Shown here piece by piece: positions 53,939 through 62,569 of a DNA stretch of 64,000 nucleotides. Origin of the DNA: an uncultured delta proteobacterium (lineage in GTDB: Bacteria > Desulfobacterota > Binatia > JACPRU01). The position numbers and the translations under genes are program-made. Below the pieces are notes generated by a model, which saw nothing but the letters and a program-made list of their open reading frames with translations, did not search any database and was not told where the DNA came from. Numbering within the stretch: the first letter of the stretch is position 1; the number at the start of each line of letters is the position of its first letter. Location: assembly GCA_963745025.1 (NCBI GenBank), contig CAVUWD010000016.1, positions 416,001 to 480,000 of the forward strand. Reading direction: 5' to 3'.

Positions 53939-55693
53939 TCACTCCTCGATCGCGGTTTCGGGAGTCTCCTTCTTCCCCTTGGCGAAAGGCCCGTCGCCGG
54001 TGAGAATCACGCCGTTCGTCTTCACGTATTGGTCCCACAGCGCGAGCAGCGCCTTCCGCTTGTCGGGATTCGCCTTGGAAAGGTCGCGCAACTCTGCCGC
54101 ATCGTCGCGTAGGTTGAAAAGCTGCCACTCGCCAGTGCCGCCCGCACTCTTCATGAGATAGAGCAGCTTCCAGTCACCTTGCCGCACGGCGCGATTGCCG
54201 AACAGCTCCCAACCGAGCCAGTCCTGGTCCGTGCGCACGGCCGCGGCGTTCCCGGCGAGGAGCGGCACCATCGACTTGCCGGTGATAGGCGCCAACTTGC
54301 TCTCCGCTTGCTTCGATGGATGCTCCGCGCCGGCGACTTCGAGGAAGGTCGGCACGAGGTCGGTTACGTGAAGCACCGCGTCGCTGACATCCCCGCTGTG
54401 CTTCACGCCCCGCCCGGCGACGATGAGCGGTGAGCGTATCCCGCCCTCGGCAGCGTAACTCTTGAACATTCGGAACGGCCCGCTTCCCACCTGCGCCCAC
54501 GCCGGACCGTAGCCCACAAGCGAGCCCTTGCGGCCCCAATTCTCGGGCTTGAGATCGAAGTGCTCCTCCGTCCATTTCCTGAGGCCGGGACCGAGCGTGT
54601 CGACCAGCGCGAGCGGTTCCGTGAACTCCGCGCCGTTGTCCGAGAGGAAGACCACTAGCGTGTTGTCCAGCTTGCCGATGGTTTCGAGATGATCGAGCAC
54701 TCGGCCGATGTGGTAGTCCATGTTCGCCAGCATCGCGGCATAGATTTCCATCTTCCGGGCCGAAAGTTTCTGCTGCTCCTTAGTCAGCTTCTCCCACGCG
54801 GGGATGTTGGGCAGTCGCGGGAACGCCTGCACGTCTTTGCCAATGATCTCGATTTCCTTCATCCGCGCGAGACGTTCGGCGCGCACGGCATCATAGCCTT
54901 TGTCATACCGGCCCTTGTATTTGTCGAGCCAGTCGTCGGGCGCGGCAAAGGGACTGTGCACGGCCTGGAACGAGAGATAGGCGAAGAAGGGTTTGCCGTC
55001 GTCCTTGTGCTCGTCCACGGACTGCATGATGAAATCGCTGAACGCCGCTGACGAGAAGTGATCGTCGGGCAGCTTGTCGATGAGCTTTCCGTTACGCGTG
55101 AAGATGAGGTGAGGATGCGCGGGGTTAGGGTACATCATGTCCGACCAGTTGCTGCCGCCGCCTTGCATCAGCGTGAAGTCGCGTTCGAAGCCCTTGGCGG
55201 CCGGCCAGCTCCCCGGTTCCTCGCCGAGGTGCCACTTGCCGGCCATGTAGGTGTGATAGCCTGCGTCGCGGAGCACGCTCGCGACGCTCACCATACGGTC
55301 GTTCAAGTGCCCCTCGTAGCCCGGTTTGCCCTTCTGCTCAGGGCCGAGATACTCGGCCATGTTACCGAGGCCGGCGACGTGGTTGTCGACTCCGCTGAGG
55401 AGCATCGAGCGCGTCGGCGAGCATGTCGGGCCGACGTAAAAGCTCGTCGCCCGTAGGCCGCTCTTGGCGAGCGCATCGAGATTCGGCGTCTTGATCTCAC
55501 CGCCGAAGCTACCCATGTCCGAATATCCCATGTCGTCCGCGACGATCAGAAGGATGTTCGGTTTCTTGTTCTCCTCGCCGGGGTCCGCTGCGTGCACGCG
55601 CTCGCACACGATGAACGCGACGGCCGCCAGAACGCCGACCAGTGCCGCGACGTGGTAGTTCTGCTTGCGCCTGGTTTTCACGCGCGACTTCAC
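53939..55693 (-). CDS. Arylsulfatase (formylglycine-dependent), secreted
   Basis: PNILLIVADDMG, CSPTR, GKWHLG, SDNG, EGGIRSP; start uncertain. Confidence 0.93.
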   Translation of the reverse strand: MKSRVKTRRKQNYHVAALVGVLAAVAFIVCERVHAADPGEENKKPNILLIVADDMGYSDMGSFGGEIKTPNLDALAKSGLRATSFYVGPTCSPTRSMLLSGVDNHVAGLGNMAEYLGPEQKGKPGYEGHLNDRMVSVASVLRDAGYHTYMAGKWHLGEEPGSWPAAKGFERDFTLMQGGGSNWSDMMYPNPAHPHLIFTRNGKLIDKLPDDHFSSAAFSDFIMQSVDEHKDDGKPFFAYLSFQAVHSPFAAPDDWLDKYKGRYDKGYDAVRAERLARMKEIEIIGKDVQAFPRLPNIPAWEKLTKEQQKLSARKMEIYAAMLANMDYHIGRVLDHLETIGKLDNTLVVFLSDNGAEFTEPLALVDTLGPGLRKWTEEHFDLKPENWGRKGSLVGYGPAWAQVGSGPFRMFKSYAAEGGIRSPLIVAGRGVKHSGDVSDAVLHVTDLVPTFLEVAGAEHPSKQAESKLAPITGKSMVPLLAGNAAAVRTDQDWLGWELFGNRAVRQGDWKLLYLMKSAGGTGEWQLFNLRDDAAELRDLSKANPDKRKALLALWDQYVKTNGVILTGDGPFAKGKKETPETAIEE

Positions 55694-56020
55694 TTTGAGC
55701 GATTCTTCGGGCTCAGGTTTTCCGCCGCTGCTCTCTACACCAGCGACCCGACAGCACTCATGGCCCCACGCGTAGATCTGCGCAAGCGGTATGCCGGCTT
55801 CCGGCTCGACAACTACCAAGCCGCGGCAGGCGCTCGGCGTCGGTCACCCAGGGCCGCGTGCCGAGATGCGTCGGTCCTGCCGGTCGGGCTGAGCGGCGAA
55901 CCTCGAAAGCGCTCCGGTGACCGATGCAGATAGACTGCCAACACGGTGCCACGTTTCCGATGCCGACCCTCGGTGCTATCCTACCCGCCTGCCTATGTGC
56001 CCGATCCCATGGTCACGCAC

Positions 56021-56296
56021 ATGACCGTTAAGCTCCTCGTCCCCTCCCCCCTGCGCCACCGCTGCGGCGGGGCGAAGGAGATCCCGCTGTCGGCCCCGAC
56101 CGTTCGCGCCGCCCTCGGGCAGCTCGAGAGCATCCATACAGCGCTGTACCAGGGCATCTGCGACGAGACGGGCAAGGTCAGAACCCACGTCAACGTGTTC
56201 GTCAACCAGACCCATGTGCGCGACCGGGAAGGGCTCGATACCACGCTCCGGCCGGGTGACGTCATCTGGATCCTTCCCGCGGTCTCAGGAGGCTGA
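56021..56296 (+). CDS. MoaD/ThiS ubiquitin-like protein
   Basis: HVNVFVN, PAVSGG C-terminus. Confidence 0.85.
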   Translation: MTVKLLVPSPLRHRCGGAKEIPLSAPTVRAALGQLESIHTALYQGICDETGKVRTHVNVFVNQTHVRDREGLDTTLRPGDVIWILPAVSGG

Positions 56297-56299
56297 GCA

Positions 56300-57412
56300 A
56301 TGCCTGAAGGCGTCGTTCTCTGCGTCGGTACCAAGAAGGGGCTGTTCGTCGCCGAGGGGTCGAAGACTCGGGGGCGCTTCGCGCTGCGTGGGCCGTTCGG
56401 TCCGGGGGTGGGGGTCAACGCGGCGCTCATCGACACACGCGGCACGCCGCGGCTCTACGCCTCGTCCTGCAACCCCTTCTTCGGCATGAAAGTACTGCGC
56501 TCGACCGACCTCGGGAAGAGCTTCAAGGAGACCGAGTCGGCCCCCGCCTTCCCCAAGGACGACGGTCGGGCGCTGGCCAACATCTGGTCGCTCCAGGCGG
56601 GCGCGGGCAAGAAAGACCTGCTGGCAGGGGCCGAGCCGGCGGCGCTCTTCAGCAGTCCCGACGGCGGCGACACGTGGGAGATGGTGCCGGGCATCAGCAA
56701 CCACGAGCACTCGCGCAAGTGGCAGCCGGGCGCCGGCGGGATGTGCATGCACACGATCCTGTGCGACGGGAACCGGGTGCACCTGGGCATCTCGACCGGC
56801 GGCCACTACCTCAGCGAAGACGGCGGCGTGACCTTCAGGGCGGCCAACAACGGGGTCGGCGCGGGGTTCAACCCCGACCCCTATCCCGAGTTCGGCCAGT
56901 GCGTCCACAAGATCGCCGGCCATCCGAAAGCGCCCGGCCGGCTCTACATGCAGAACCACGGCGGCTGGGCCGGATGGGATGGGCCCGGGGGGTCGCGTCC
57001 GGACATCGGCGTGCTGCGCAGCGACGACCACGGTCACACCTGGCGGTCGATCGCCAAGGGGCTGCCGTCAGACTTCGGGTTTCCGATCGTCGTGCACCCG
57101 CACGACCCCGACACCGCCTACGTCGCGCCGCTCGTCCCGATGACGCGTACCTGCCCGGACGGTGCGCCCGCGGTCTGGCGCACGGCGGACGGCGGCGGAT
57201 CGTGGAAGCGGCTCGCGAAGGGGTTCCCGAAGAAGGACTCGTACTTCACCATCCTGCGCGACGCGATGGACATCGACGACCTCAAGTCGCCGGCGCTCTA
57301 CCTGGGCACCACGACGGGACAGCTCTGGATCGGCCGCGACGGCGGCGAGAAGTGGGACTGCCTCTTCGCCTCGCTGCCGCCGATTCACTGCGTGAAGGTG
57401 GCGGTGGTCTGA
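56300..57412 (+). CDS. BNR/Asp-box beta-propeller protein (exo-alpha-sialidase-like)
   Basis: VGTKKGLF, repeated SxDxGxxW boxes, GQCVHK, QNHGG, LPSDFGFP. Confidence 0.88.
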   Translation: MPEGVVLCVGTKKGLFVAEGSKTRGRFALRGPFGPGVGVNAALIDTRGTPRLYASSCNPFFGMKVLRSTDLGKSFKETESAPAFPKDDGRALANIWSLQAGAGKKDLLAGAEPAALFSSPDGGDTWEMVPGISNHEHSRKWQPGAGGMCMHTILCDGNRVHLGISTGGHYLSEDGGVTFRAANNGVGAGFNPDPYPEFGQCVHKIAGHPKAPGRLYMQNHGGWAGWDGPGGSRPDIGVLRSDDHGHTWRSIAKGLPSDFGFPIVVHPHDPDTAYVAPLVPMTRTCPDGAPAVWRTADGGGSWKRLAKGFPKKDSYFTILRDAMDIDDLKSPALYLGTTTGQLWIGRDGGEKWDCLFASLPPIHCVKVAVV

Positions 57413-57504
57413 CTGTTCATGGCGCCGACGCTTTGCGAGCGAACGGCGTCCGACCGATGCATCCGCGTCGCGGCAGCGTCCCGGGCTGTGTCAACACGGT
57501 GGAA

Positions 57505-58251
57505 TCAGGCAAAGAAGTCTACCGTCGCCGTCTCGAGGTCGTACATGGCTCCGGCGATCTTGATGGTGCGCTGCGACTCGAGCTCGCGCAGCACGGCGCT
57601 CCGGTCTCGAATCTGCGCCATCGTCAACTCGACGTTCTTCCGCGCCACGGCATCGACGAAGCCGTAGTTGTTCGCGCTGCGTTCGCCACTATAGATGGTC
57701 GCCTGCACCGCCGGCTTGATCTTGGCGAGCAAACCGGTGAGGTTGCCCAGCTCCGCGTTGTCGACGGCGCCCTTGACGGCGCCGCAGGAGGTGTGCCCCA
57801 TCACCAAAGCGACCTTGGCGCCCGCCAGCTTACAGGCAAACTCCAAGCTCCCCAAGATGTCCTCACTTGCGATGTTTCCGGCGACTCGCGCGTTGAAGAT
57901 CTCCCCGATGCCCTGGTCCATGATTAACTCGGCAGGCACCCGCGAGTCGACGCAACTGAGGATGACCGCCGCGGGATACTGCCCCTTGGCACTGGCCCGC
58001 TGTTCCCTGAGGTAGTTGCGTGTCTTCGGCTCGCCCTTGCGGAAGCGTTCATTGCCGCGCTTCATCTCCGCCAGGATCTCGTCGGGCGTCATCCTGTCGC
58101 GCTGTTCTTTGGTCAGCGCATCCGCGTACGCCAGGCGATTGTCCAAACTCCCTCCGACTAGCCCGGCAGCGGCAATGGACGCCGAAAGCCGCAGGAAACC
58201 GCGACGGTCGACACGGCCGCATCCGTGCATTGCGTGGCTCCTTGAGTTCAT
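57505..58251 (-). CDS. Beta-carbonic anhydrase with Tat signal
   Basis: DRRGFL, SCVDSR, RVAGN, GHTSCGA. Confidence 0.93.
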   Translation of the reverse strand: MNSRSHAMHGCGRVDRRGFLRLSASIAAAGLVGGSLDNRLAYADALTKEQRDRMTPDEILAEMKRGNERFRKGEPKTRNYLREQRASAKGQYPAAVILSCVDSRVPAELIMDQGIGEIFNARVAGNIASEDILGSLEFACKLAGAKVALVMGHTSCGAVKGAVDNAELGNLTGLLAKIKPAVQATIYSGERSANNYGFVDAVARKNVELTMAQIRDRSAVLRELESQRTIKIAGAMYDLETATVDFFA

Positions 58252-58340
58252 CGCTCTCCTCCTCGTGTCGTGCGGATCACGTCTCTGTCGTGGTTACTTT
58301 GGGAGCTGCGCCTTGGCGACATGGACGAAGTGAAGTTTCC

Positions 58341-58437
58341 AGGGAGAATCGAAAAATCGTCTTCATCGATGAAAGCGGGCGGAGCGAGCGACCGCATCGC
58401 GCCCGCACCTGGGTACCGCGCGGCGAGATACCCGTGC
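58341..58437 (+). mobile_element. IS630-family transposase fragment
   Basis: RKIVFIDESGRSERPHRARTWVPRGEIPV resembles the IS630 DDE first-Asp region. Confidence 0.6.
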
Positions 58438-58443
58438 CGTGTC

Positions 58444-59616
58444 TCATTGTCGTTGACCGGCTCCCGTTGTGCTCTCTGCCCGCTCGGGCCGCGGCAGATA
58501 CGGCATGACCTTGGTGGCGAACAACTCGATGTTGCGCATCACCTTCGCGTGCGGCATGTCGCCGACCTGGAACGCGCCCATGAAGATTCCCGCTCCGGCG
58601 CGCTCCATGTTGCGCACCAACCGCTCGCCGACCTCCTCGGGAGTGCCGATCAGCGTCTCGTCGCTGGCGAGCGTCTCCTCGACATCGAAGGTCAGCCCGC
58701 CGCCGCGCGCCTCGATGAAGCCGCGGAGCGACTTCGAGGTGGTGTAGCCCGGGGGCAATAGCATCTGCGGCGGGATCACCAGGCAGCGCTCGGCGAAATA
58801 CTTGACGTGCGGGCGCGCCTCCTCCTTCGCCTTCTTCGAATCTTCGGCCAGGTAGACCATCGACGTCCAGCCGAAGCACTCCGGGCCGGCTTCATAGCCG
58901 TGTTTCTTCGACGCCTCCTCGCGGTACTGATCGTAGTAGCGGACGATCAGATCCATCGGCGTGAACGTGCAGATGTACGGGTAGCGTCGCGCGGCGGCCC
59001 AGGCGATCGTTTCGCTCGAGCCCTGCGACGGGCAAAAGATCGGCGGGTGCGGCTTCTGGAGCGGACGCGGCCAGACGTTGACGTAGCGGAATTGGTAATG
59101 CTCGCCGTCCCACAGGAACGGACCGGGTTCGGTCCACGCCTTCACGATCAAATCGTGCGCCTCGTAGAAGCGCTCGCGCGACACGGTCGGATCGAGGTTC
59201 AACGAGTAGTACTCGCAGCCGATCCCGCGGACGAACCCGGAGATCACCCGCCCCCCCGAGATCACGTCGATCATCGCCACCTCCTCCGCGACACGCAGAG
59301 GATTGTCTCGCAGGCAGATGCCGTTGCCGAGGATCGCGATCTTCGCGTGCTTCGTGCGCTCGCAGAGGATCGAGGCGATGACGTTCGGCGACGGCATCGT
59401 GCCGTAGCCGTTCTGATGATGCTCGTTCACGCACACGGCATCGAAGCCGAGCCCGTCGGCCGCCGCGAGCTGGTCGAGATACTCGCGGTAGATGCGATGG
59501 CCGGCCACGGGGTCATAGCAAGAATTCGGCAGCACGACCCACGAGCTCCGATAGTGGCTCTTGAAGTCTTCGGGGATGTACGGCCAGGGCATCAGATGAA
59601 AGAAGAAGATCTCCAT
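58444..59616 (-). CDS. LLM-class flavin-dependent oxidoreductase
   Basis: FFFHLMPW, NEHHQ, PLRVAEE, SGFVRGIG, PRPLQKPHPP. Confidence 0.92.
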   Translation of the reverse strand: MEIFFFHLMPWPYIPEDFKSHYRSSWVVLPNSCYDPVAGHRIYREYLDQLAAADGLGFDAVCVNEHHQNGYGTMPSPNVIASILCERTKHAKIAILGNGICLRDNPLRVAEEVAMIDVISGGRVISGFVRGIGCEYYSLNLDPTVSRERFYEAHDLIVKAWTEPGPFLWDGEHYQFRYVNVWPRPLQKPHPPIFCPSQGSSETIAWAAARRYPYICTFTPMDLIVRYYDQYREEASKKHGYEAGPECFGWTSMVYLAEDSKKAKEEARPHVKYFAERCLVIPPQMLLPPGYTTSKSLRGFIEARGGGLTFDVEETLASDETLIGTPEEVGERLVRNMERAGAGIFMGAFQVGDMPHAKVMRNIELFATKVMPYLPRPERAESTTGAGQRQ

Positions 59617-59618
59617 GC

Positions 59619-60410
59619 CTATCCCTCCCCCCGATCGGCCGCGAACGCGACGATCTTCTGCGCGAGCTCGGCGGGCTTCTCGATCGCCACGGCGTGACCG
59701 GCCCCGGGGATGACCTCGAGGCGCGCGCCGGAGATCTCGCGCACGAGCATTTCGCCGTGGGCGGGCGAGACGAACCGATCCTCGCCGCCCCACACGAGCA
59801 GCGTCGGGCACTCGATCATGTGCAGGCGCCGGTGAAGGCTCGGATTGTAAGGCCGATGCCAGGCGAGTCGGGCAACAGCGGCTTGCTCCTCCCACATCCG
59901 GACGACCACGTCCGGTGTCGGCGCGGCCGGCATGAGCGCCATGGCCTTCGAGAGATCGGCGAAGAGATAGGGGAGGGCTTCGAGGGGCTCCATGATGAAC
60001 AGATCCGGGAGCGGCTTCTCGGTCTTGACGCCGATCGGCGCGACCAGCACCAGACGCCGGATGCTCTCCGGGCGAAAGACCGCCATCTCGGTGGCAATCC
60101 ATCCACCGAGCGAGAGCCCGACGACGACCGGCGATTCGAGCCCGAGCACGCGTACGAGGTCCAGCGTGTGCAGCGCGACGTCGTCGGCGCCACGCACCCA
60201 TCCCGGCAGCGGCGTTCCCGCGAAGCCGGGCTGCACCGGAGCGAACACGGTGAAGCGCTCCGCAAGACGCGCGTGAAGATCGAGCCACATGCCCGCGCCG
60301 CCCGCGCCGTGGAGGAGAAGCAGCGGAGGGCCGCTTCCCGCGCTCTGCAGCAAAACGTCGTAGTCGCGAACCCGGACTTGGGTCGTCTGCGCCGCGTTCA
60401 CTCGCCCCAC
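59619..60410 (-). CDS. Alpha/beta hydrolase
   Basis: LHGAGG, GLSLGG, WGGEDR, GAGH. Confidence 0.9.
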   Translation of the reverse strand: MGRVNAAQTTQVRVRDYDVLLQSAGSGPPLLLLHGAGGAGMWLDLHARLAERFTVFAPVQPGFAGTPLPGWVRGADDVALHTLDLVRVLGLESPVVVGLSLGGWIATEMAVFRPESIRRLVLVAPIGVKTEKPLPDLFIMEPLEALPYLFADLSKAMALMPAAPTPDVVVRMWEEQAAVARLAWHRPYNPSLHRRLHMIECPTLLVWGGEDRFVSPAHGEMLVREISGARLEVIPGAGHAVAIEKPAELAQKIVAFAADRGEG

Positions 60411-60720
60411 CTCACTCGGCGGACCATCGATCCGCCCGCTTTGCCGCCGCCTCGAAATGCAACACGAGGCTCCGCCATGCCTCGATGCGCTCGTTCGCTT
60501 CTCCGCAACAGGTGGTATCCCAGGTGCAAGATCGCGGCAATCACATGCGCCGCACTCTCGTCGGAACGTCTTTCGACACGGCGATGCCGATGGCCGCGGG
60601 GAAGAGCTCGCGGATGTCTCCGCGCGGGGAGCACGAGGCGCGGCAGGCCGCGCGGGCCCTCTCCGATCAACTTCGGGGGAATCACCGGCCGTTCTCCGTC
60701 ATCGATCGATCCGCCCTCGC

Positions 60721-61386
60721 TCACGCTCGCTCCTGGTGCACGATCTGCAGCGCCACCAGCCGCGCCACGAGGACGGCGAGGTAGAGCTGTCCGGCGATCG
60801 CCTGCACGGTCGCCAGCGACCGTGCAGGAGGCGTGGCAGGCGTGATGTCGCCGTAGCCCATCGTCGTCTGCGTCACGTAGCTGAAGTAGAGCAGGGCGCG
60901 GCGAAGGCCCTGGGCGTCGTGCGGGCGCGTGCTCATCGCGAACGAGCCGGGATGGATCGTCTCCAGCACGACGTAGGCGGCGCCGAACACGAACCCGAAG
61001 AGGAGATAGACGCAGAGCGCGCCAGTGACGACTTCCGAGGTCACCTCCGCCGCGGCCAACACGGCACGGAGCACGCCGATCGTAACGAACAGCAGGAAGC
61101 TGCCGAACAAGACGTCGGCCACCAGCCGCACGTTCGGCGCGTCGGAGAGCATCTCGAGTACGGTGGCGCCGACGGTAGGTACGCCGAGAGCCAAGGCGAG
61201 CCAGCGCAGGCGGCGGCCCCGGGTCACCGAGAACAGAGCCGACAGGAGTACCGCTAGCGAAAAGGGACCGAGGAGCGTCCTGGCCATGCTGGCGCTTTCG
61301 AGCAACGGATACGCCAGCCAGTCGAGCAGAATGGCCACGAAGAGGATGAGGAAACGCCGCTCGGCGATGACGGACGCGAAGCGCAT
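60721..61386 (-). CDS. Potassium channel (Ion_trans_2) family protein
   Basis: YFSYVTQTTMGYGDITP pore motif. Confidence 0.9.
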   Translation of the reverse strand: MRFASVIAERRFLILFVAILLDWLAYPLLESASMARTLLGPFSLAVLLSALFSVTRGRRLRWLALALGVPTVGATVLEMLSDAPNVRLVADVLFGSFLLFVTIGVLRAVLAAAEVTSEVVTGALCVYLLFGFVFGAAYVVLETIHPGSFAMSTRPHDAQGLRRALLYFSYVTQTTMGYGDITPATPPARSLATVQAIAGQLYLAVLVARLVALQIVHQERA

Positions 61387-61594
61387 GTCGTCACGCCGAC
61401 ACGATCAAGCCCGTGGTGAGGAGGTACTCACGAGGTGGCTGAATGGGGCGAGGGACAAAATCGGTCCGCCGTCACGTCTTGCGGCAGCTCCGTGACTCAC
61501 GCCCCACGGCGATGATCTTGGCTGCGCATTCCCGTGCGCGGCTACTCCAGAAGTTGCCGGGGCTGAACATTGCTTCGGTCTCAGGGGCGAATTC

Positions 61595-62569
61595 TTACGC
61601 GTCTCGATCCAGCACGATTTTCAGAAGATGGGCTGCGGCGGCATCAACGTCGATTTCTCCCCTGTTGACTCGGTCGCACAGCGCCATGATGGCAGGATCG
61701 CGAGTGGTGCGGATGTGGTGGCGCACATGATCGGCGGCGATTTCGGCAATGATGTCGCGTACCCGCAGGCGTGGGTCCTGTCTCCGGTCCGCATCGTTGC
61801 GATTCGCGGCATGTCCCGTCAGAGTATCCGCAAGCAATGGGATTCCCTGACCGGTGGTCGCGGTCGTCGACACGATTACGGCCGATCCTAGCATCGGGTC
61901 GCGCAAGTCCAGCATAGCCCGCAATTGTCGCACGGTGTTTTCCGCCAGGGGCTGGTCGCTCTTGTTCACGACCAGGATATCGGCGATCTCGAGCACTCCG
62001 GCCTTGATCGCCTGAATCTCATCTCCAAGCCCTGGAGCGCAAACCACGATCCTGGTCTTGGCGAAGTCGGCGATTTCGACCTCGGACTGCCCGGCGCCGA
62101 CGGTCTCGATGATGATCAAATCCGGACCGGCCGCGTCCATCACTTGGATGACTCCCCAAGCGGTGCGGAAAAGACCTCCGAGATGCCCTCGCGAGGCCAG
62201 TGACCGCACGAACACGCCCTTGTCACCGCTGTGACTTGCCATGCGGATTCGGTCGCCCAGGATTGCGCCACCGGTCAGCGGGCTCGTCGGGTCCACGGCC
62301 AGGACGCCTACGGTCTTTCCCCTGCGCCTGAGTTCGGTGATCAAGGCATCAATCAGTGTCGACTTACCGACCCCGGGCGGACCGGTGACGCCGACGACGG
62401 TTGCCTTTCCCAAGTGCGGCTGGATGGCGGAGAGAATCGCCGCGGCACCCTCCAAGCCGTTTTCCACGACGGTAATGGCCCTGGCCACTGCCATGGGTTC
62501 GCCCTGCAACAGACCCTCCAGCAGCTTGCTGTAGCTGCCTGCTCCCACAGCAGGATGCGCGCGGCTCAT
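61595..62569 (-). CDS. meaB: Acyl-CoA mutase-associated GTPase MeaB
   Basis: TGPPGVGKST, AVDPTSP..GGAILGDRIRM, ETVGAGQSE, VNKSD; ATGA overlap with mutase. Confidence 0.92.
   Translation of the reverse strand: MSRAHPAVGAGSYSKLLEGLLQGEPMAVARAITVVENGLEGAAAILSAIQPHLGKATVVGVTGPPGVGKSTLIDALITELRRRGKTVGVLAVDPTSPLTGGAILGDRIRMASHSGDKGVFVRSLASRGHLGGLFRTAWGVIQVMDAAGPDLIIIETVGAGQSEVEIADFAKTRIVVCAPGLGDEIQAIKAGVLEIADILVVNKSDQPLAENTVRQLRAMLDLRDPMLGSAVIVSTTATTGQGIPLLADTLTGHAANRNDADRRQDPRLRVRDIIAEIAADHVRHHIRTTRDPAIMALCDRVNRGEIDVDAAAAHLLKIVLDRDA

Noticed and set aside
55937-55951. Sigma54-like TGGCAC-N5-TGGC upstream of the sulfatase
   Set aside because: Mismatch at -12 and ~240 bp from the probable start; could be chance.
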